Shown here: positions 29,670-39,743 of the stretch, piece by piece
Layout: each line of letters opens with the position of its first letter
How positions within the stretch are numbered: the first letter of the stretch is position 1
Assembly: GCA_040756235.1 (NCBI GenBank)
Contig: JBFLZG010000087.1
Coordinates: 96,001 to 160,000, forward strand
Length of the DNA: 64,000 bases
DNA from: a bacterium
Lineage (GTDB): Bacteria; Desulfobacterota; DSWW01
Direction of reading: 5' to 3'
The notes under the pieces: model-generated
Told to the model about the DNA's origin: nothing
The model's database searches: none
The model's input: only the letters and a program-made list of their open reading frames with translations
Made by a program: the position numbers and the translations under genes

Positions 29670-29737
29670 TTGCTTGACAAGCAAAGCCGGGTTATGTTAA
29701 AAGGAAAAACTCTACTCGGTGAATGAATAATCATTCA
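29670..29737 (+). promoter_or_regulatory. sigma70 promoter plus palindromic operator, copy 2 (upstream of dsrN)
   Basis: TTGCTTGACA-N9-GGGTTATGTTAAAA, then TGAATGA-ATAA-TCATTCA at 29720-29737. Confidence 0.75.
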
Positions 29738-29797
29738 ATAGCAGGTCATTTGTCCTCCCTGCGCCAGAGCCTCCCGGGAGGCCAGGTTCCCCTGGTG

Positions 29798-31216
29798 ATG
29801 CCGAAGGGACTTCCGCGTATTCTGATTACGGCCTTTCGAGGTGGCTCGGGCAAGAGCCTGGTCAGCCTGGGGGTCATTGCTTCCTTGCGGTCCCGCGGCA
29901 GGAAGGTCGCCGTTTTCAAGAAGGGCCCGGACTACATCGATGCCGCCTGGCTGAGCCGGGCCGGCGGCTCGCCCTGCTTCAATCTGGATACTTATCTGAT
30001 GGGCGACCAGGGTGTGCGATCTTCCTTCGAGCGCAGGACGCGAGGGGCAGATCTCGCCGTGGTGGAAGGCAACCGGGGGCTGTTCGACGGCGTGGATGTC
30101 GAGGGCCTTCACAGCTCCGCAGCGCTCGCAAAACTCATCGGGCTGTCGGTTTTCATCGTCGCCGATTGCACCAAGTCCACGCGCACGCTGGCGGCTCTGG
30201 TCAAGGGCTGTCAGAGTCTGGACCCGGGGGTCTCCATCCGGGGGATCGTGCTGAACCAGGTGGCCAACGCGCGGCAGGAATCGATCATCAAGGGGAGCAT
30301 CGAGAAGTACTGCGCGCTTCCGGTGGTGGGATCTCTTCCCCGGATCCCGGCTCTCAGGTTCCCGGAGCGCCACCTCGGTCTCTTTCCTCCGCAGGAACAT
30401 GGGGACGCTGAAGCGACGATACGGCTGATACAGGAAGCGGTCGAGCGCTACTTGGACCTGGAGAGATTGCTCTTTCTGGCGGGGCAGGATGCTGCGGAGG
30501 CCTCCCATCCTCAGGGAACGCAGATCGCCCGCGGCCAGGGAATCCCCTCACAATCGTGTGAACGGCCGTCCTGCGGCCTCCGCGTAGGAATTTTTCGAGA
30601 CCAGGCTTTTCACTTCTATTACCCGGAAAATCTGGAGATGCTCCGGGAGGGCGGGGCTGAAATCATCGAGCTGGATGCTTCCCGGGAGGGCGCTCTGCCT
30701 CATTTAGACGCTCTGTACATCGGGGGAGGCTTCCCCGAGACCCAGGCGGAGGCGCTTGCGGGGAACCGGGACTTCATGCATTCCGTCCGCGAGGCGGTGG
30801 AAGCGGGGCTGCCGGTTTACGCCGAATGCGGGGGTGCGGTCTATCTGGGGAAGGGGTTGAAGTGGAAGGGACGGTTCTACCCGTTCGCAGGAGTGTTCCC
30901 GGTCACGTATGAATTGCATGAGAAGCCGCAGGGGCACGGATATACGTTGCTGGATGTGGAAGATGAAAATCCGTTTTTCCCCAGGGGCGTTCGCTTGAAG
31001 GGACACGAATTCCATTACTCGGGCGTCCTGCGGTGGGAAGAGCAGGACCTCCGGTTCGCCTGCAAGGTCAGAAAAGGGTACGGGTTCGACGGGTCCAGAG
31101 AAGGGCTGTGCTACCGGAATGCCTATGCCACGTTCTCCCATTTGCATGCCCTGGGAGAGCCCGACTGGGCCAACCGTTTTTTGAAGCGCGCGGCCATGGA
31201 GGCCGCTGCAGGATAG
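29798..31216 (+). CDS. dsrN: Siroheme amidase (cobyrinate a,c-diamide synthase family)
   Basis: GGSGKS, KKGPDYID, VEGNRGLFDG, YAECGG, GHEFHYS; dsr context. Confidence 0.9.
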   Translation: MPKGLPRILITAFRGGSGKSLVSLGVIASLRSRGRKVAVFKKGPDYIDAAWLSRAGGSPCFNLDTYLMGDQGVRSSFERRTRGADLAVVEGNRGLFDGVDVEGLHSSAALAKLIGLSVFIVADCTKSTRTLAALVKGCQSLDPGVSIRGIVLNQVANARQESIIKGSIEKYCALPVVGSLPRIPALRFPERHLGLFPPQEHGDAEATIRLIQEAVERYLDLERLLFLAGQDAAEASHPQGTQIARGQGIPSQSCERPSCGLRVGIFRDQAFHFYYPENLEMLREGGAEIIELDASREGALPHLDALYIGGGFPETQAEALAGNRDFMHSVREAVEAGLPVYAECGGAVYLGKGLKWKGRFYPFAGVFPVTYELHEKPQGHGYTLLDVEDENPFFPRGVRLKGHEFHYSGVLRWEEQDLRFACKVRKGYGFDGSREGLCYRNAYATFSHLHALGEPDWANRFLKRAAMEAAAG

Positions 31217-31267
31217 AGGCCAAGGAGTTTTTGAGCCAGACACCCCAAGAGCTAGGAGGAAACCAAG

Positions 31268-31585
31268 ATGCCAACCACGGAGTTGGGCGGGAAGCCGGTC
31301 GAGGTGGATGAGGATGGATTCATCCAGCAGCCTGAACAGTGGGACGTGAACGTTGCCGCCGATCTGGCCAGGACCGAAGGTGTGGAGCAGATGGGGGACG
31401 ATCACTGGAAGCTGGTGAATTATATCCGGGACTACTACCAGAAATTCGGCATTGCTCCCATGGTGCGGAAGCTCTGCAAAGATTTGGATTTCAAGCTCAA
31501 GTACATCTACGAGCTGTTCCCCTCAGGACCGGCGAAGGGTGCCTGCAAGGTCGCTGGCCTGCCCAAGCCGACCGGATGCGTGTGA
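31268..31585 (+). CDS. dsrC: DsrC sulfur-carrier protein
   Basis: DEDGF, APMVRKLCK, C-terminal GACKVAGLPKPTGCV with both conserved Cys. Confidence 0.97.
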   Translation: MPTTELGGKPVEVDEDGFIQQPEQWDVNVAADLARTEGVEQMGDDHWKLVNYIRDYYQKFGIAPMVRKLCKDLDFKLKYIYELFPSGPAKGACKVAGLPKPTGCV

Positions 31586-31900
31586 TTCCTGAAGCGGCCG
31601 TGCCCCGGCCCCGTAAGGGCGGTCTCCTGGAGGCCCGGCGGGTGGGACCTGAGAAGGGTCCGTGCCCGCTGGCTCCAGGGCTCGCCGTGTCAGAGATGAA
31701 GCTCGCCGGTCGCTCCACATCTCCGGGAAGGAGACGGGGCTGCGCTTCCACTCGAGGAACGGTGAAGTTCGGATCCGTCCTTCCAGCCTGGTCCCCTTTC
31801 CCCGCAGCCAGGTGACGACCCGTTCGCATGAGCTGCTCTGGAACGCTTGGAGACCTGGGGGGGCCGCCCCAGAAGGACGGGCAATGGGTTCATCCTCGGA

Positions 31901-32449
31901 ATGCTGCAACAACTCCTGACTCAGAAGAAGCTCTCGGTCCTCAAGAAATGGTTCCAGGCCGTCGTGGACACCTATCCACCCGATACTTCCCAGTTCCTGA
32001 AGCGAGAGCAAGACCCGTTCGCAAACCCTGTCGGATCCACGATCTTCCGCGGAATGGAGGCCATCTACGAGGAGTTGCTACGGGGCGGCCGGTCCGAAAA
32101 TCTTTCGTCCTTTCTCGACCGTATTCTGCGGATCCGGGCCGTTCAGGATTTCGCGCCTTCCAAGGCCGTAGGCTTCATCCTGGATCTGAAGGCGGTCCTG
32201 CGGGAGGAACTGAGCGGGGAAGACCTGAACGAGGGCCTCGAGCAGGAGCTGCTGGATCTCGAACGCAGGATCGATGATTTGATCCTGGTCGCCTTCGATG
32301 TCTACATGCAGTGCCGGGAAAAGGTGTGCGACGCGAGAGTCGGTGAGATCAAGGCCCAGAAAGACGCGGCCCTCAGGCTGCTCGAGATCACCGATCTTGC
32401 GCAGAAGAAGCGTCTTGGGGGAAGCGACTCGGAAGACGGCGAGCCGTGA
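31901..32449 (+). CDS. dsrT: DsrT (RsbRD N-terminal-like)
   Basis: YP....FLK...DPFANPVG, IRAVQDF.PS.AV, AFDVYMQCREK; directly upstream of dsrM. Confidence 0.9.
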   Translation: MLQQLLTQKKLSVLKKWFQAVVDTYPPDTSQFLKREQDPFANPVGSTIFRGMEAIYEELLRGGRSENLSSFLDRILRIRAVQDFAPSKAVGFILDLKAVLREELSGEDLNEGLEQELLDLERRIDDLILVAFDVYMQCREKVCDARVGEIKAQKDAALRLLEITDLAQKKRLGGSDSEDGEP

Positions 32450-32563
32450 TGCCTTTGACCGGATGAGGCTGGAAAGACACTGTCCAGAGGCTGGTGAGAA
32501 ATGCCCGAACGCAACGCGGCAGACGGGTCTTTGTCGACGGCCTCCGAAGAGAGGTAGAGGTCC

Positions 32564-33559
32564 ATGAACGCCCTGTATTCCTTCTTTGCCGTCCTCCTGC
32601 TCGGGTTGATCGCCTACTTCGGCGTCGCCGTCTGGGGGCTGCAGCCAGCCTTCGGGATCTTCGTCCCCTACGCCGCCTTTGCGATCTTCGGGATCGGAAT
32701 CGTCTATCGCGTCCTGAAGTGGGCGCGGGCGCCGGCGCCCTTTGCCATCGCAACGACTTGCGGCCAGCAGAAGTCCCTGCCGTGGGTGAAGAACAGCTAT
32801 TTCGAGAACCCCCACAGCACGCTGGGCGTTGTCGGTCGGATGGCGATGGAAGTGCTCTTGTTCCGTTCTCTCTTCCGGAACACGAAGGTGGAGTTGAGGA
32901 ACAGCCCTGCCCGCATCATCTACGGTGGGAATAAATACCTGTGGCTGGGGGCGATCGCGTTCCACTATTCCTTCCTGATCATCCTGCTCCGCCACTTCCG
33001 GTTCTTCAGCGAACCGGTCCCTTCGTTCGTGCTGCTCCTGCAGAGCCTGGACGGATTCTTTCAGGTGGGCGTGCCGGGCCTGTATCTGACGAGCCTCATC
33101 CTGCTGGCGGCTGTCGGCTTCCTTCTTCTCAGGAGATTCCTGGACGCGAAAGTCCGCTACATCTCGCTTGCCGCCGATTACTTCCCTCTGATTCTGATCC
33201 TGGGGATCGCCCTGTCCGGCGTGATCATGCGGCACTTCACCAAGGTCGATATCGTGGCGATCAAGGAGCTGGCCCTCGGTCTGGTGAGCTTGCATCCTAC
33301 CGTTCCCGAAGGAATCGGAGCCCCCTTCTACATACACCTCTTTTTCGTTTCCACCCTGGCGGCCTACTTCCCGTTCAGCAAGCTCATGCACCTGGGCGGC
33401 ATCTTCCTGAGCCCCACGAGGAACCTGAGAGCCGACAGCCGGAGGGCGAGGCACGTCAACCCCTGGAATCCTCACGTCGAAGTGCATACGTATCAGGAAT
33501 GGGAGGACGAGTTCAGGGACAAGATGAAAGCGGCTGGATTGCCGGTGGAGAGGGAATAG
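32564..33559 (+). CDS. dsrM: DsrM membrane cytochrome b
   Basis: TTCGQQKSLPW, FRSLFRNT, FHYSF, PFSKLMH, SPTRN. Confidence 0.95.
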   Translation: MNALYSFFAVLLLGLIAYFGVAVWGLQPAFGIFVPYAAFAIFGIGIVYRVLKWARAPAPFAIATTCGQQKSLPWVKNSYFENPHSTLGVVGRMAMEVLLFRSLFRNTKVELRNSPARIIYGGNKYLWLGAIAFHYSFLIILLRHFRFFSEPVPSFVLLLQSLDGFFQVGVPGLYLTSLILLAAVGFLLLRRFLDAKVRYISLAADYFPLILILGIALSGVIMRHFTKVDIVAIKELALGLVSLHPTVPEGIGAPFYIHLFFVSTLAAYFPFSKLMHLGGIFLSPTRNLRADSRRARHVNPWNPHVEVHTYQEWEDEFRDKMKAAGLPVERE

Positions 33560-33562
33560 ACC

Positions 33563-35305
33563 ATGTCCGACGAACTGCCGATTCACCCCGATGAGCTGGC
33601 CAAGATCGACTATTCTCCTCCCAAAAAGGGTTGGATGGAGAAGAAAGCCGACTTCCGCAAGGGCACCTACTGCTACAGCGCGGCGCCCAAGAACTTGAAG
33701 TATCTCGGGATGGCGAACCCGCGAGAGTGGCAGCCCCACGATGCGGACTGGAAGCTGCCTCCGGACTGGAAGCAGACGATCCTGGCCGGCATGAAGGAGC
33801 GGCTGAGCAAGTTCCGGTCCTTCCACGTCTTCATGGACATCTGCGTGCGCTGCGGGGCCTGCGCGGACAAGTGCCACTTCTTCATCGGCTCCGGAGACCC
33901 GAAGAACATGCCGGTCCTCAGGGCGGAGCTCCTGCGGTCGGTCTATCGGAACGACTTCACGGCGGCCGGCAAGATTCTCGGCCGGCTGGCCGGGGCGAGG
34001 GAGCTGACCGAGGACGTGCTCAAGGAGTGGTTCTACTATTTCTACCAGTGTACGGAGTGCCGCAGGTGCTCCGTGTTCTGTCCGTACGGGATCGACACGG
34101 CCGAGATCACGATGATGGCCCGGGAGCTCATGAACCTGATCGGCCTCAACATCAACTGGGCCCTGGAGCCCGTGGCGAACTGCCACCGGACCGGAAATCA
34201 CCTGGGAATCCAGCCCCACACCTTCAAGGACACCCTGGAGTTCTTCGCCGGCGAGATCGAAGACCTGACGGGCATCCAGATCGACGTTCCGATCAACAAG
34301 AAGGGCGCCGAGATCCTGTTCGTCACCCCCTCCGGCGACTACTTTGCGGACCCGGGCACTTACACCCTCATGGGCTACCTCATGCTGTTCCATGAGCTCG
34401 GGCTCAACTATACCTGGAGCGCCTATGCCTCGGAAGGAGGGAACTTCGGGCTCTTCAACTCCCACGAGCTGATCAAGAAGCTCAACGCCAAGATCTACGC
34501 CGAAGCCAAGCGTCTCGGCGTCAAGTGGATCCTGGGGGGCGAGTGCGGTCACATGTGGCGGGTCCTCCACGAGTACATGGACACGATGAACGGCCCGGCC
34601 GACTTCCTCGAAGAGCCGGTTTCCCCGATCACCGGGACCAAGTTCGAGAATGCCAGGTCATCGAAGATGGTGCATATCACCGAGTTCACGGCGGACCTGA
34701 TCCGCAACAACAAGCTGAAGCTGGACCCGAGCCGAAACGACCACCTGCGGGTGACCTTCCACGACTCCTGCAATCCGGCCAGAGCCATGGGCTTGTTCGA
34801 GGAGCCCCGGTACGTCATCCGGAGCGTGTGCAAGAACTTCTTCGAGATGCCGGAGAACACGATCCGGGAGAAGACGTTCTGCTGCGGAGGGGGCGCCGGT
34901 CTGGGGAACGACGAGAACATGGAGATGAGGATGCGCGGAGGCTTCCCCCGGGCCAATGCCGTGCAGTACGTCCGCGAGAAACACGGCGTGAACCGGCTCG
35001 CCTGCATCTGTGCGATCGACCGGGCCACGCTCTCCACCTTGATGGAGTACTGGGTCCCGGAGGTCGTGGTGACCGGCATCCACGAAATGGTCGCCAACGC
35101 GCTCGTGATGAAGGGGGAGAAGGAAAGAGAAAACGATCTGCGCGGCGAGCCCCTGCCGAAGCCGGCGGATGGCCCGGCTGACGGGGAGGCGCCTGCGGCC
35201 CGTGAACCGGTGCCTCCCGAGCTGGTGGCACGGGGCGAGAAGGGGAAACAAACCGATCGGAGCGACGAACCCCTCGGCGCAGCGGAGGGTGGAAAGCATG
35301 TATGA
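33563..35305 (+). CDS. dsrK: DsrK
   Basis: CVRCGACADKCH, CTECRRCSVFCP, GECGH, HDSCN, CCGGG, CAID. Confidence 0.95.
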   Translation: MSDELPIHPDELAKIDYSPPKKGWMEKKADFRKGTYCYSAAPKNLKYLGMANPREWQPHDADWKLPPDWKQTILAGMKERLSKFRSFHVFMDICVRCGACADKCHFFIGSGDPKNMPVLRAELLRSVYRNDFTAAGKILGRLAGARELTEDVLKEWFYYFYQCTECRRCSVFCPYGIDTAEITMMARELMNLIGLNINWALEPVANCHRTGNHLGIQPHTFKDTLEFFAGEIEDLTGIQIDVPINKKGAEILFVTPSGDYFADPGTYTLMGYLMLFHELGLNYTWSAYASEGGNFGLFNSHELIKKLNAKIYAEAKRLGVKWILGGECGHMWRVLHEYMDTMNGPADFLEEPVSPITGTKFENARSSKMVHITEFTADLIRNNKLKLDPSRNDHLRVTFHDSCNPARAMGLFEEPRYVIRSVCKNFFEMPENTIREKTFCCGGGAGLGNDENMEMRMRGGFPRANAVQYVREKHGVNRLACICAIDRATLSTLMEYWVPEVVVTGIHEMVANALVMKGEKERENDLRGEPLPKPADGPADGEAPAAREPVPPELVARGEKGKQTDRSDEPLGAAEGGKHV

Positions 35306-35681
35306 CGCAGGGAAGATCATTGCAGGCCTCCTCATATTCCTCGCTCTGCTCACGTCGCCGGTCTGGTACAACGTCGTGAGCGGGAAGGCGGACTACCAGC
35401 CCCAGCCCCAGCTGCCGACCGAGCAGAAGGAGTGTGTGAAGCCGGCCGCTTACATGAAGCCGTTCCACATGGACCTGCTCAACCAGTGGCGCGACGAGGT
35501 CGTGCGGCAGGATACCCGGGTCTACGGGACCGTCGCAGGACAGACCTATGACAAGAGCCTGACCAGCACGTGCCTGAGCTGCCACGCGAACAAGGCCGAA
35601 TTCTGCGACCGATGTCACAACTACCTGGGCGTGAACCCGTACTGCTGGGATTGCCACGTTCAGCCGAAGGAGAAAATGTGA
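35298..35681 (+). CDS. dsrJ: DsrJ triheme cytochrome c
   Basis: N-terminal TM; CLSCH, CDRCH, CWDCH; HMDLLNQWRD. Confidence 0.93.
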   Translation: MYDAGKIIAGLLIFLALLTSPVWYNVVSGKADYQPQPQLPTEQKECVKPAAYMKPFHMDLLNQWRDEVVRQDTRVYGTVAGQTYDKSLTSTCLSCHANKAEFCDRCHNYLGVNPYCWDCHVQPKEKM

Positions 35682-36460
35682 TGGCCGTCGACAGAAGGGA
35701 ATTCCTGAAGATAGCCGGTCTGTCCACCCTCCTGGGGCTGGGAGGCAAGGCGGGCTTCGAGGTGCTCTCCGGGAAGGAGGTGGAGGCCTCTCTGAGCCGG
35801 GAGCCTCAGGCGGGCAAGCGGTGGGCGATGGTCGTGAACATGAGGAAGTGCCTGGAGAAAGAGGGCTGCACCGACTGCATGAAGGCCTGCCATCTGGCCC
35901 ACAACGTGCCGCATATCGACAATCCCAGACACGAGGTCAAGTGGATCTGGACCGATTCGTTCGAGCACGTCTTCCCGAGCCAGGAGATGGAAAACGAGTA
36001 CGTCGTAGAACGTCTGGCCGGCAAGCCGTTCCTCGTGCTCTGCAATCATTGCGAGCGTCCGCCATGCGTCCGAGTCTGTCCGACCAAGGCGACCTTCCAG
36101 AACGCCGACGGCGTCGTGGTGATGGATTACCATCGATGCATCGGATGCCGCTTCTGCATGGCCGGCTGCCCGTACGGATCGAGAAGCTTCAATTGGAAGG
36201 ACCCGCGCAAATACCTGCAGGAGACGAACCTGGAGTTCCCGACGCGGATGCGAGGGGTCGTCGAGAAGTGCAACTTCTGCTCCGAGAGGCTCGACAAGGG
36301 ACTCCAGCCGGCCTGCGTGGAGGCCTGCAAGGATCAGGCGATCCTCTTCGGCAATGTGAGAGATCCCGATTCGGAGGTGCGGCAGACGCTGCGCGCGAGC
36401 TTCACGATCCGGCGCAAGCCCGAGCTCGGTACGTTGCCCCAAGTCTATTACATCGTGTGA
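35681..36460 (+). CDS. dsrO: DsrO periplasmic Fe-S protein
   Basis: Tat motif [27 protein letters not shown]. Confidence 0.93.
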   Translation: MAVDRREFLKIAGLSTLLGLGGKAGFEVLSGKEVEASLSREPQAGKRWAMVVNMRKCLEKEGCTDCMKACHLAHNVPHIDNPRHEVKWIWTDSFEHVFPSQEMENEYVVERLAGKPFLVLCNHCERPPCVRVCPTKATFQNADGVVVMDYHRCIGCRFCMAGCPYGSRSFNWKDPRKYLQETNLEFPTRMRGVVEKCNFCSERLDKGLQPACVEACKDQAILFGNVRDPDSEVRQTLRASFTIRRKPELGTLPQVYYIV

Positions 36461-36467
36461 GGTGGCC

Positions 36468-37625
36468 ATGCTGGAAAAGGCGCTCATCGGAAGTCGAAGG
36501 TATTACGGGTGGTTGTTCTTCCTGCTCGTCCTCATCGGGGCGGGCGTCCTGAGCTACCTGTGGCAGTTCTTCGCCGGATTGGGGATCACGGGGCTCGGCC
36601 GGGACGTCTCCTGGGGATTCTACATCGCCCAATTCACCTTTCTCGTCGGGGTTGCCGCGTCCGCCGTGATGCTGGTCCTGCCGTACTACCTGCACCATTA
36701 CAAGCAGTTCGGAAAGATCACGATCCTCGGGGAGTTTCTGGCCGTCTCGTCCGTGCTCATGTGCATGCTGTTCATCTTCGTCGACATGGGCCAGCCCCTG
36801 CGGGTCCTCAACATCATTCTCCATCCGACCCCGAACTCGATCATGTTTTGGGATATGATCGTGCTGAGCGGATACCTCCTCCTGAACATCGTGATCGGAT
36901 GGGTCGTGCTGGATGCGGAGCACAAAGAGATGGCTCCGCCGGGTTGGGTGAAGCCCTTGATCTACCTCTCGATTCCGTGGGCGGTCAGCATCCACACGGT
37001 CACCGCCTTCCTGTACGCCGGTCTTCCCGGCAGGCACCTGTGGCTCACCGCGATCATGGCGGCCCGGTTTCTCTCGTCCGCCTTCGCCTCGGGCCCGGCG
37101 CTCCTGATCCTGCTGGCCTTCATCGTTCGGAAGACGACCCGCTTCGACCCGGGCCGGGAGCCGATCCAGAAGCTCGCCCAGATCGTTGCCTATGCCATGA
37201 TCCTGAACGTGTTCTTCTCGCTGCTGGAGGTCTTCACGGCCTTCTACAGCGGCATTCCTTCGCACATGCAGTCGTTGCAGTACCTGTTCGCCGGTCTGGA
37301 GGGGCACGCCAGCCTCGTTCCCTTCATGCGGGTTGCCGTTGTTCTGGCCGTGGCCGGCATCGCACTGCTCGTCGTCCCCTCGACGCGGAAGAATGAGAAG
37401 ACCCTCGCTTTCGCCGCAGCCGCGGTATTCGTCGCCGCCTGGATCGACAAGGGAATGGGACTCGTGGTCGGCGGCTTCATTCCCAACCCCTTCGAGAGGA
37501 TCGTCGAATACGCCCCGACGGCGCCCGAGCTCCTGATCACTCTGGGGGTGTGGGCAATCGGGTTCTTCGTGCTCACGCTTCTTTACAAGATCGCCATTTC
37601 CGTCAAGGAAGAAGTGGCTGCGTGA
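36468..37625 (+). CDS. dsrP: DsrP (NrfD family)
   Basis: [33 protein letters not shown]; polytopic membrane protein. Confidence 0.93.
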   Translation: MLEKALIGSRRYYGWLFFLLVLIGAGVLSYLWQFFAGLGITGLGRDVSWGFYIAQFTFLVGVAASAVMLVLPYYLHHYKQFGKITILGEFLAVSSVLMCMLFIFVDMGQPLRVLNIILHPTPNSIMFWDMIVLSGYLLLNIVIGWVVLDAEHKEMAPPGWVKPLIYLSIPWAVSIHTVTAFLYAGLPGRHLWLTAIMAARFLSSAFASGPALLILLAFIVRKTTRFDPGREPIQKLAQIVAYAMILNVFFSLLEVFTAFYSGIPSHMQSLQYLFAGLEGHASLVPFMRVAVVLAVAGIALLVVPSTRKNEKTLAFAAAAVFVAAWIDKGMGLVVGGFIPNPFERIVEYAPTAPELLITLGVWAIGFFVLTLLYKIAISVKEEVAA

Positions 37626-37746
37626 AATGCGACCGGCCGGGGCCCGGGCCCGATCGGGGCGTGTTGCTAAACCCGGGTCTTTGTGGCAAGCTTGTCCGCC
37701 TTGGGACGGCCAGAGCGGCCGCTCTCAGTAACAGGAGGAAACCAGC

Positions 37747-37932
37747 GTGTACGAGATCAAGATCGACAAGGAAAAATGCACGGGCTGCGGTGAGTGCGTG
37801 GACATCTGCCCGTCCAGCGTCCTGGAGTTGGTGGACGCCAAGTGCGAACCGACCAACATCGATGATTGCGTGGGATGCGAGAGCTGCGTGGAGACCTGCC
37901 CTGACAGCCTGATCAAGGTGACCGAGACCTGA
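37747..37932 (+). CDS. 2[4Fe-4S] ferredoxin
   Basis: CTGCGECVDICP and CVGCESCVETCP; SD AGGAGG before GTG. Confidence 0.92.
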   Translation: MYEIKIDKEKCTGCGECVDICPSSVLELVDAKCEPTNIDDCVGCESCVETCPDSLIKVTET

Positions 37933-37936
37933 GAGC

Positions 37937-38110
37937 AGAGGCTGTCGATAAACGGCCATCTGCGGCGCCTGTTGCGAGCGAAGCGAAGCAATCCCCCGAA
38001 CACTGTACCGCGGCGTCAGATGTGATCGGGAGTTTCCTCGTCGCTGCCGCTCCTCGGAACAAGCCTCAGGATTCGCGCGCCTTGCATCTGGCCATTTCTC
38101 AACAGCCTCT
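37937..38110 (+). repeat. MITE/REP-like element, copy C, with a different internal segment
   Basis: AGAGGCTGT...ACAGCCTCT ends; shared CCATCTGCGGCG and CCTTGCATCTGG blocks; core GCGAGCGAAGCGAAGCAATC...GCTCCTCG. Confidence 0.75.
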
Positions 38111-38137
38111 CAAGAGGGTGTTTTTCGAAACCCTCTG

Positions 38138-38848
38138 TCAGAGGGCGGCCGGAGACGAGGCCTGACCTCCGTCAGGCCTGCGACTTCGGACCCGGGATTT
38201 TTCCCACCCGCTGAGCATTCGATCCAGACGGCTCGCATCGCCGGAGAGAAACCGCTCGACGGCTGCGGAAGAGAGGATTCGCTCCAGGATTCGCTTGCGC
38301 TGCTCTCCGGAGGCGGGAAAGGCTGCCCTCAGCCGGTCCCGCATCGTGGCGAGCCTTTCCAGGAGAGGACCGTACCGGTCGCTCAAGACCTCTTCCAGCT
38401 CGAGGCGGATCTTGAGCGCGAGGGCGGGGCATTTCCCGTCGGTCGAAATGGCGACCTGCAGAGCGTCCCGCTTCACCACCGAGGGCACGAAAAAGCTCGA
38501 CAGCGCCGGCTGGTCCGCCACGTTGATCAACCGCCCCGCGCCCTGAGCGTCCTCGGCGATCCGCCTGTTGACCTCCGCATCGTCGGTGGCCGACAGGACC
38601 AGGAAGTACCCGGCGGCCTCTCCGTTCCGGTAGGGGCGTTCCTCGTAGAGTATCCTCTTCTCGTCCAGCCAGGCCTTGAAGGAGGGCAGAAGCTCGCTGG
38701 CCACTACGGTCAGACGGCAAGCCGATCCGAACAGACCCATGGCCTTGCGAAAGGCCACTTCGCCACCTCCGACCAGGAGCACGTCCCGGTTCTCGAGCTC
38801 GAGCAGAGCCGGGTAGAGGTGAGGTCTCGCGCGCGGCGTCTCAGGCAT
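38138..38848 (-). CDS. Precorrin-2 dehydrogenase/sirohydrochlorin ferrochelatase (SirC/CysG-N)
   Basis: YP.LL.L, VGGGEVAFRK, NVADQP, AISTDGKCPALA. Confidence 0.9.
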   Translation of the reverse strand: MPETPRARPHLYPALLELENRDVLLVGGGEVAFRKAMGLFGSACRLTVVASELLPSFKAWLDEKRILYEERPYRNGEAAGYFLVLSATDDAEVNRRIAEDAQGAGRLINVADQPALSSFFVPSVVKRDALQVAISTDGKCPALALKIRLELEEVLSDRYGPLLERLATMRDRLRAAFPASGEQRKRILERILSSAAVERFLSGDASRLDRMLSGWEKSRVRSRRPDGGQASSPAAL

Positions 38849-39635
38849 CGTCGGGCTCACCGGCTCTCCGAGGGCCGGCACCGGAACGGTCATGGGGGAG
38901 CTGGAGCTTGTCCCGCAGCCGGACCACTTCCCCGATCACGATGATGCCCGGAGGCTCGAGGCCGGCTTCTTCTTTGCGGGCGGCGATGTCGGACAACGTG
39001 CCCGCGAGGACCTGCTGTTCCGGGTAAGTTCCCCGCGTGATGACGCAGGCCGGGGTGGAGGGCGGCCTGCCGTGGGCCATCAGCTCCTGGGTGATCGTTT
39101 GCAGGTTCGTCATGCCCATGAGAATGACCAGGGTGCTGTCATTCGGTCCGATCAGATGGTAAGGAAGCCTGGAGAGCTCCTGCTTGGAGGTCTCGTGCCC
39201 CGTGATGATGGACGCCATGGACGAGAACTCGCGGTGCGTGATCGGAATCCCGGCGTAAGCCGGCACGGCAGTGGCCGAAGTGACGCCGGGCACGACCTCC
39301 CAGGGGACGCCCTGCTCCACCAGATAGAGGACTTCTTCGGCGCCCCTGCCGAACACGAAAGGGTCTCCGCCTTTGAGTCTGACGACCGCCTTGCCTTCGC
39401 GTGCCTTCTGCACCAGGAGGGAGTTGATCTTTTCCTGGGGAACGGTGTGGTGGTCGCACTCTTTGCCCACGTAGAACCGTTCCGCCCCGGGCCGGATCTG
39501 CTCCAGGATCTTCGGGTGGATGAGCCGGTCGTGGACCACCGCGTCCGCTTCCTGCACGAGGCGGAGACCTCTCAGAGTGATCAGCTCCGGGTCACCCGGG
39601 CCGGCGCCAACCAGATACACCTTTCCTTTCTGCAA
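38841..39635 (-). CDS. cobA: Uroporphyrinogen-III C-methyltransferase
   Basis: VGAGPGDPELIT, RLKGGDPFVFGRG.EE, VPGVTSA. Confidence 0.95.
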   Translation of the reverse strand: MQKGKVYLVGAGPGDPELITLRGLRLVQEADAVVHDRLIHPKILEQIRPGAERFYVGKECDHHTVPQEKINSLLVQKAREGKAVVRLKGGDPFVFGRGAEEVLYLVEQGVPWEVVPGVTSATAVPAYAGIPITHREFSSMASIITGHETSKQELSRLPYHLIGPNDSTLVILMGMTNLQTITQELMAHGRPPSTPACVITRGTYPEQQVLAGTLSDIAARKEEAGLEPPGIIVIGEVVRLRDKLQLPHDRSGAGPRRAGEPDDA

Positions 39636-39660
39636 AGCTGGATCTCCTTACTCGCCAGGA

Positions 39661-39696
39661 GCAACCTGTAGGGGCGAAAGATTTTTCGCCCCTACC
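39661..39696. repeat. GTAG-type REP palindrome, copy 1
   Basis: GTAGGGGCGAAAGATTTTTCGCCCCTAC; 35/36 identical to 57355-57390. Confidence 0.8.
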
Positions 39697-39743
39697 GAAT
39701 GACCGTGCGCTCGGGCCAGGTTCATGGAAACGTCAACAGTGCG

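Noticed and set aside
29798..31216. Cobalamin-pathway cbiA/cobB
   Set aside because: Its position before dsrC and the lack of other cob/cbi ring genes favour dsrN
21231..37625. Oxidative (reverse) Dsr pathway
   Set aside because: dsrD is present, dsrEFH and dsrL are not in the window, and qmoABC is complete; sulfur disproportionation cannot be excluded from sequence
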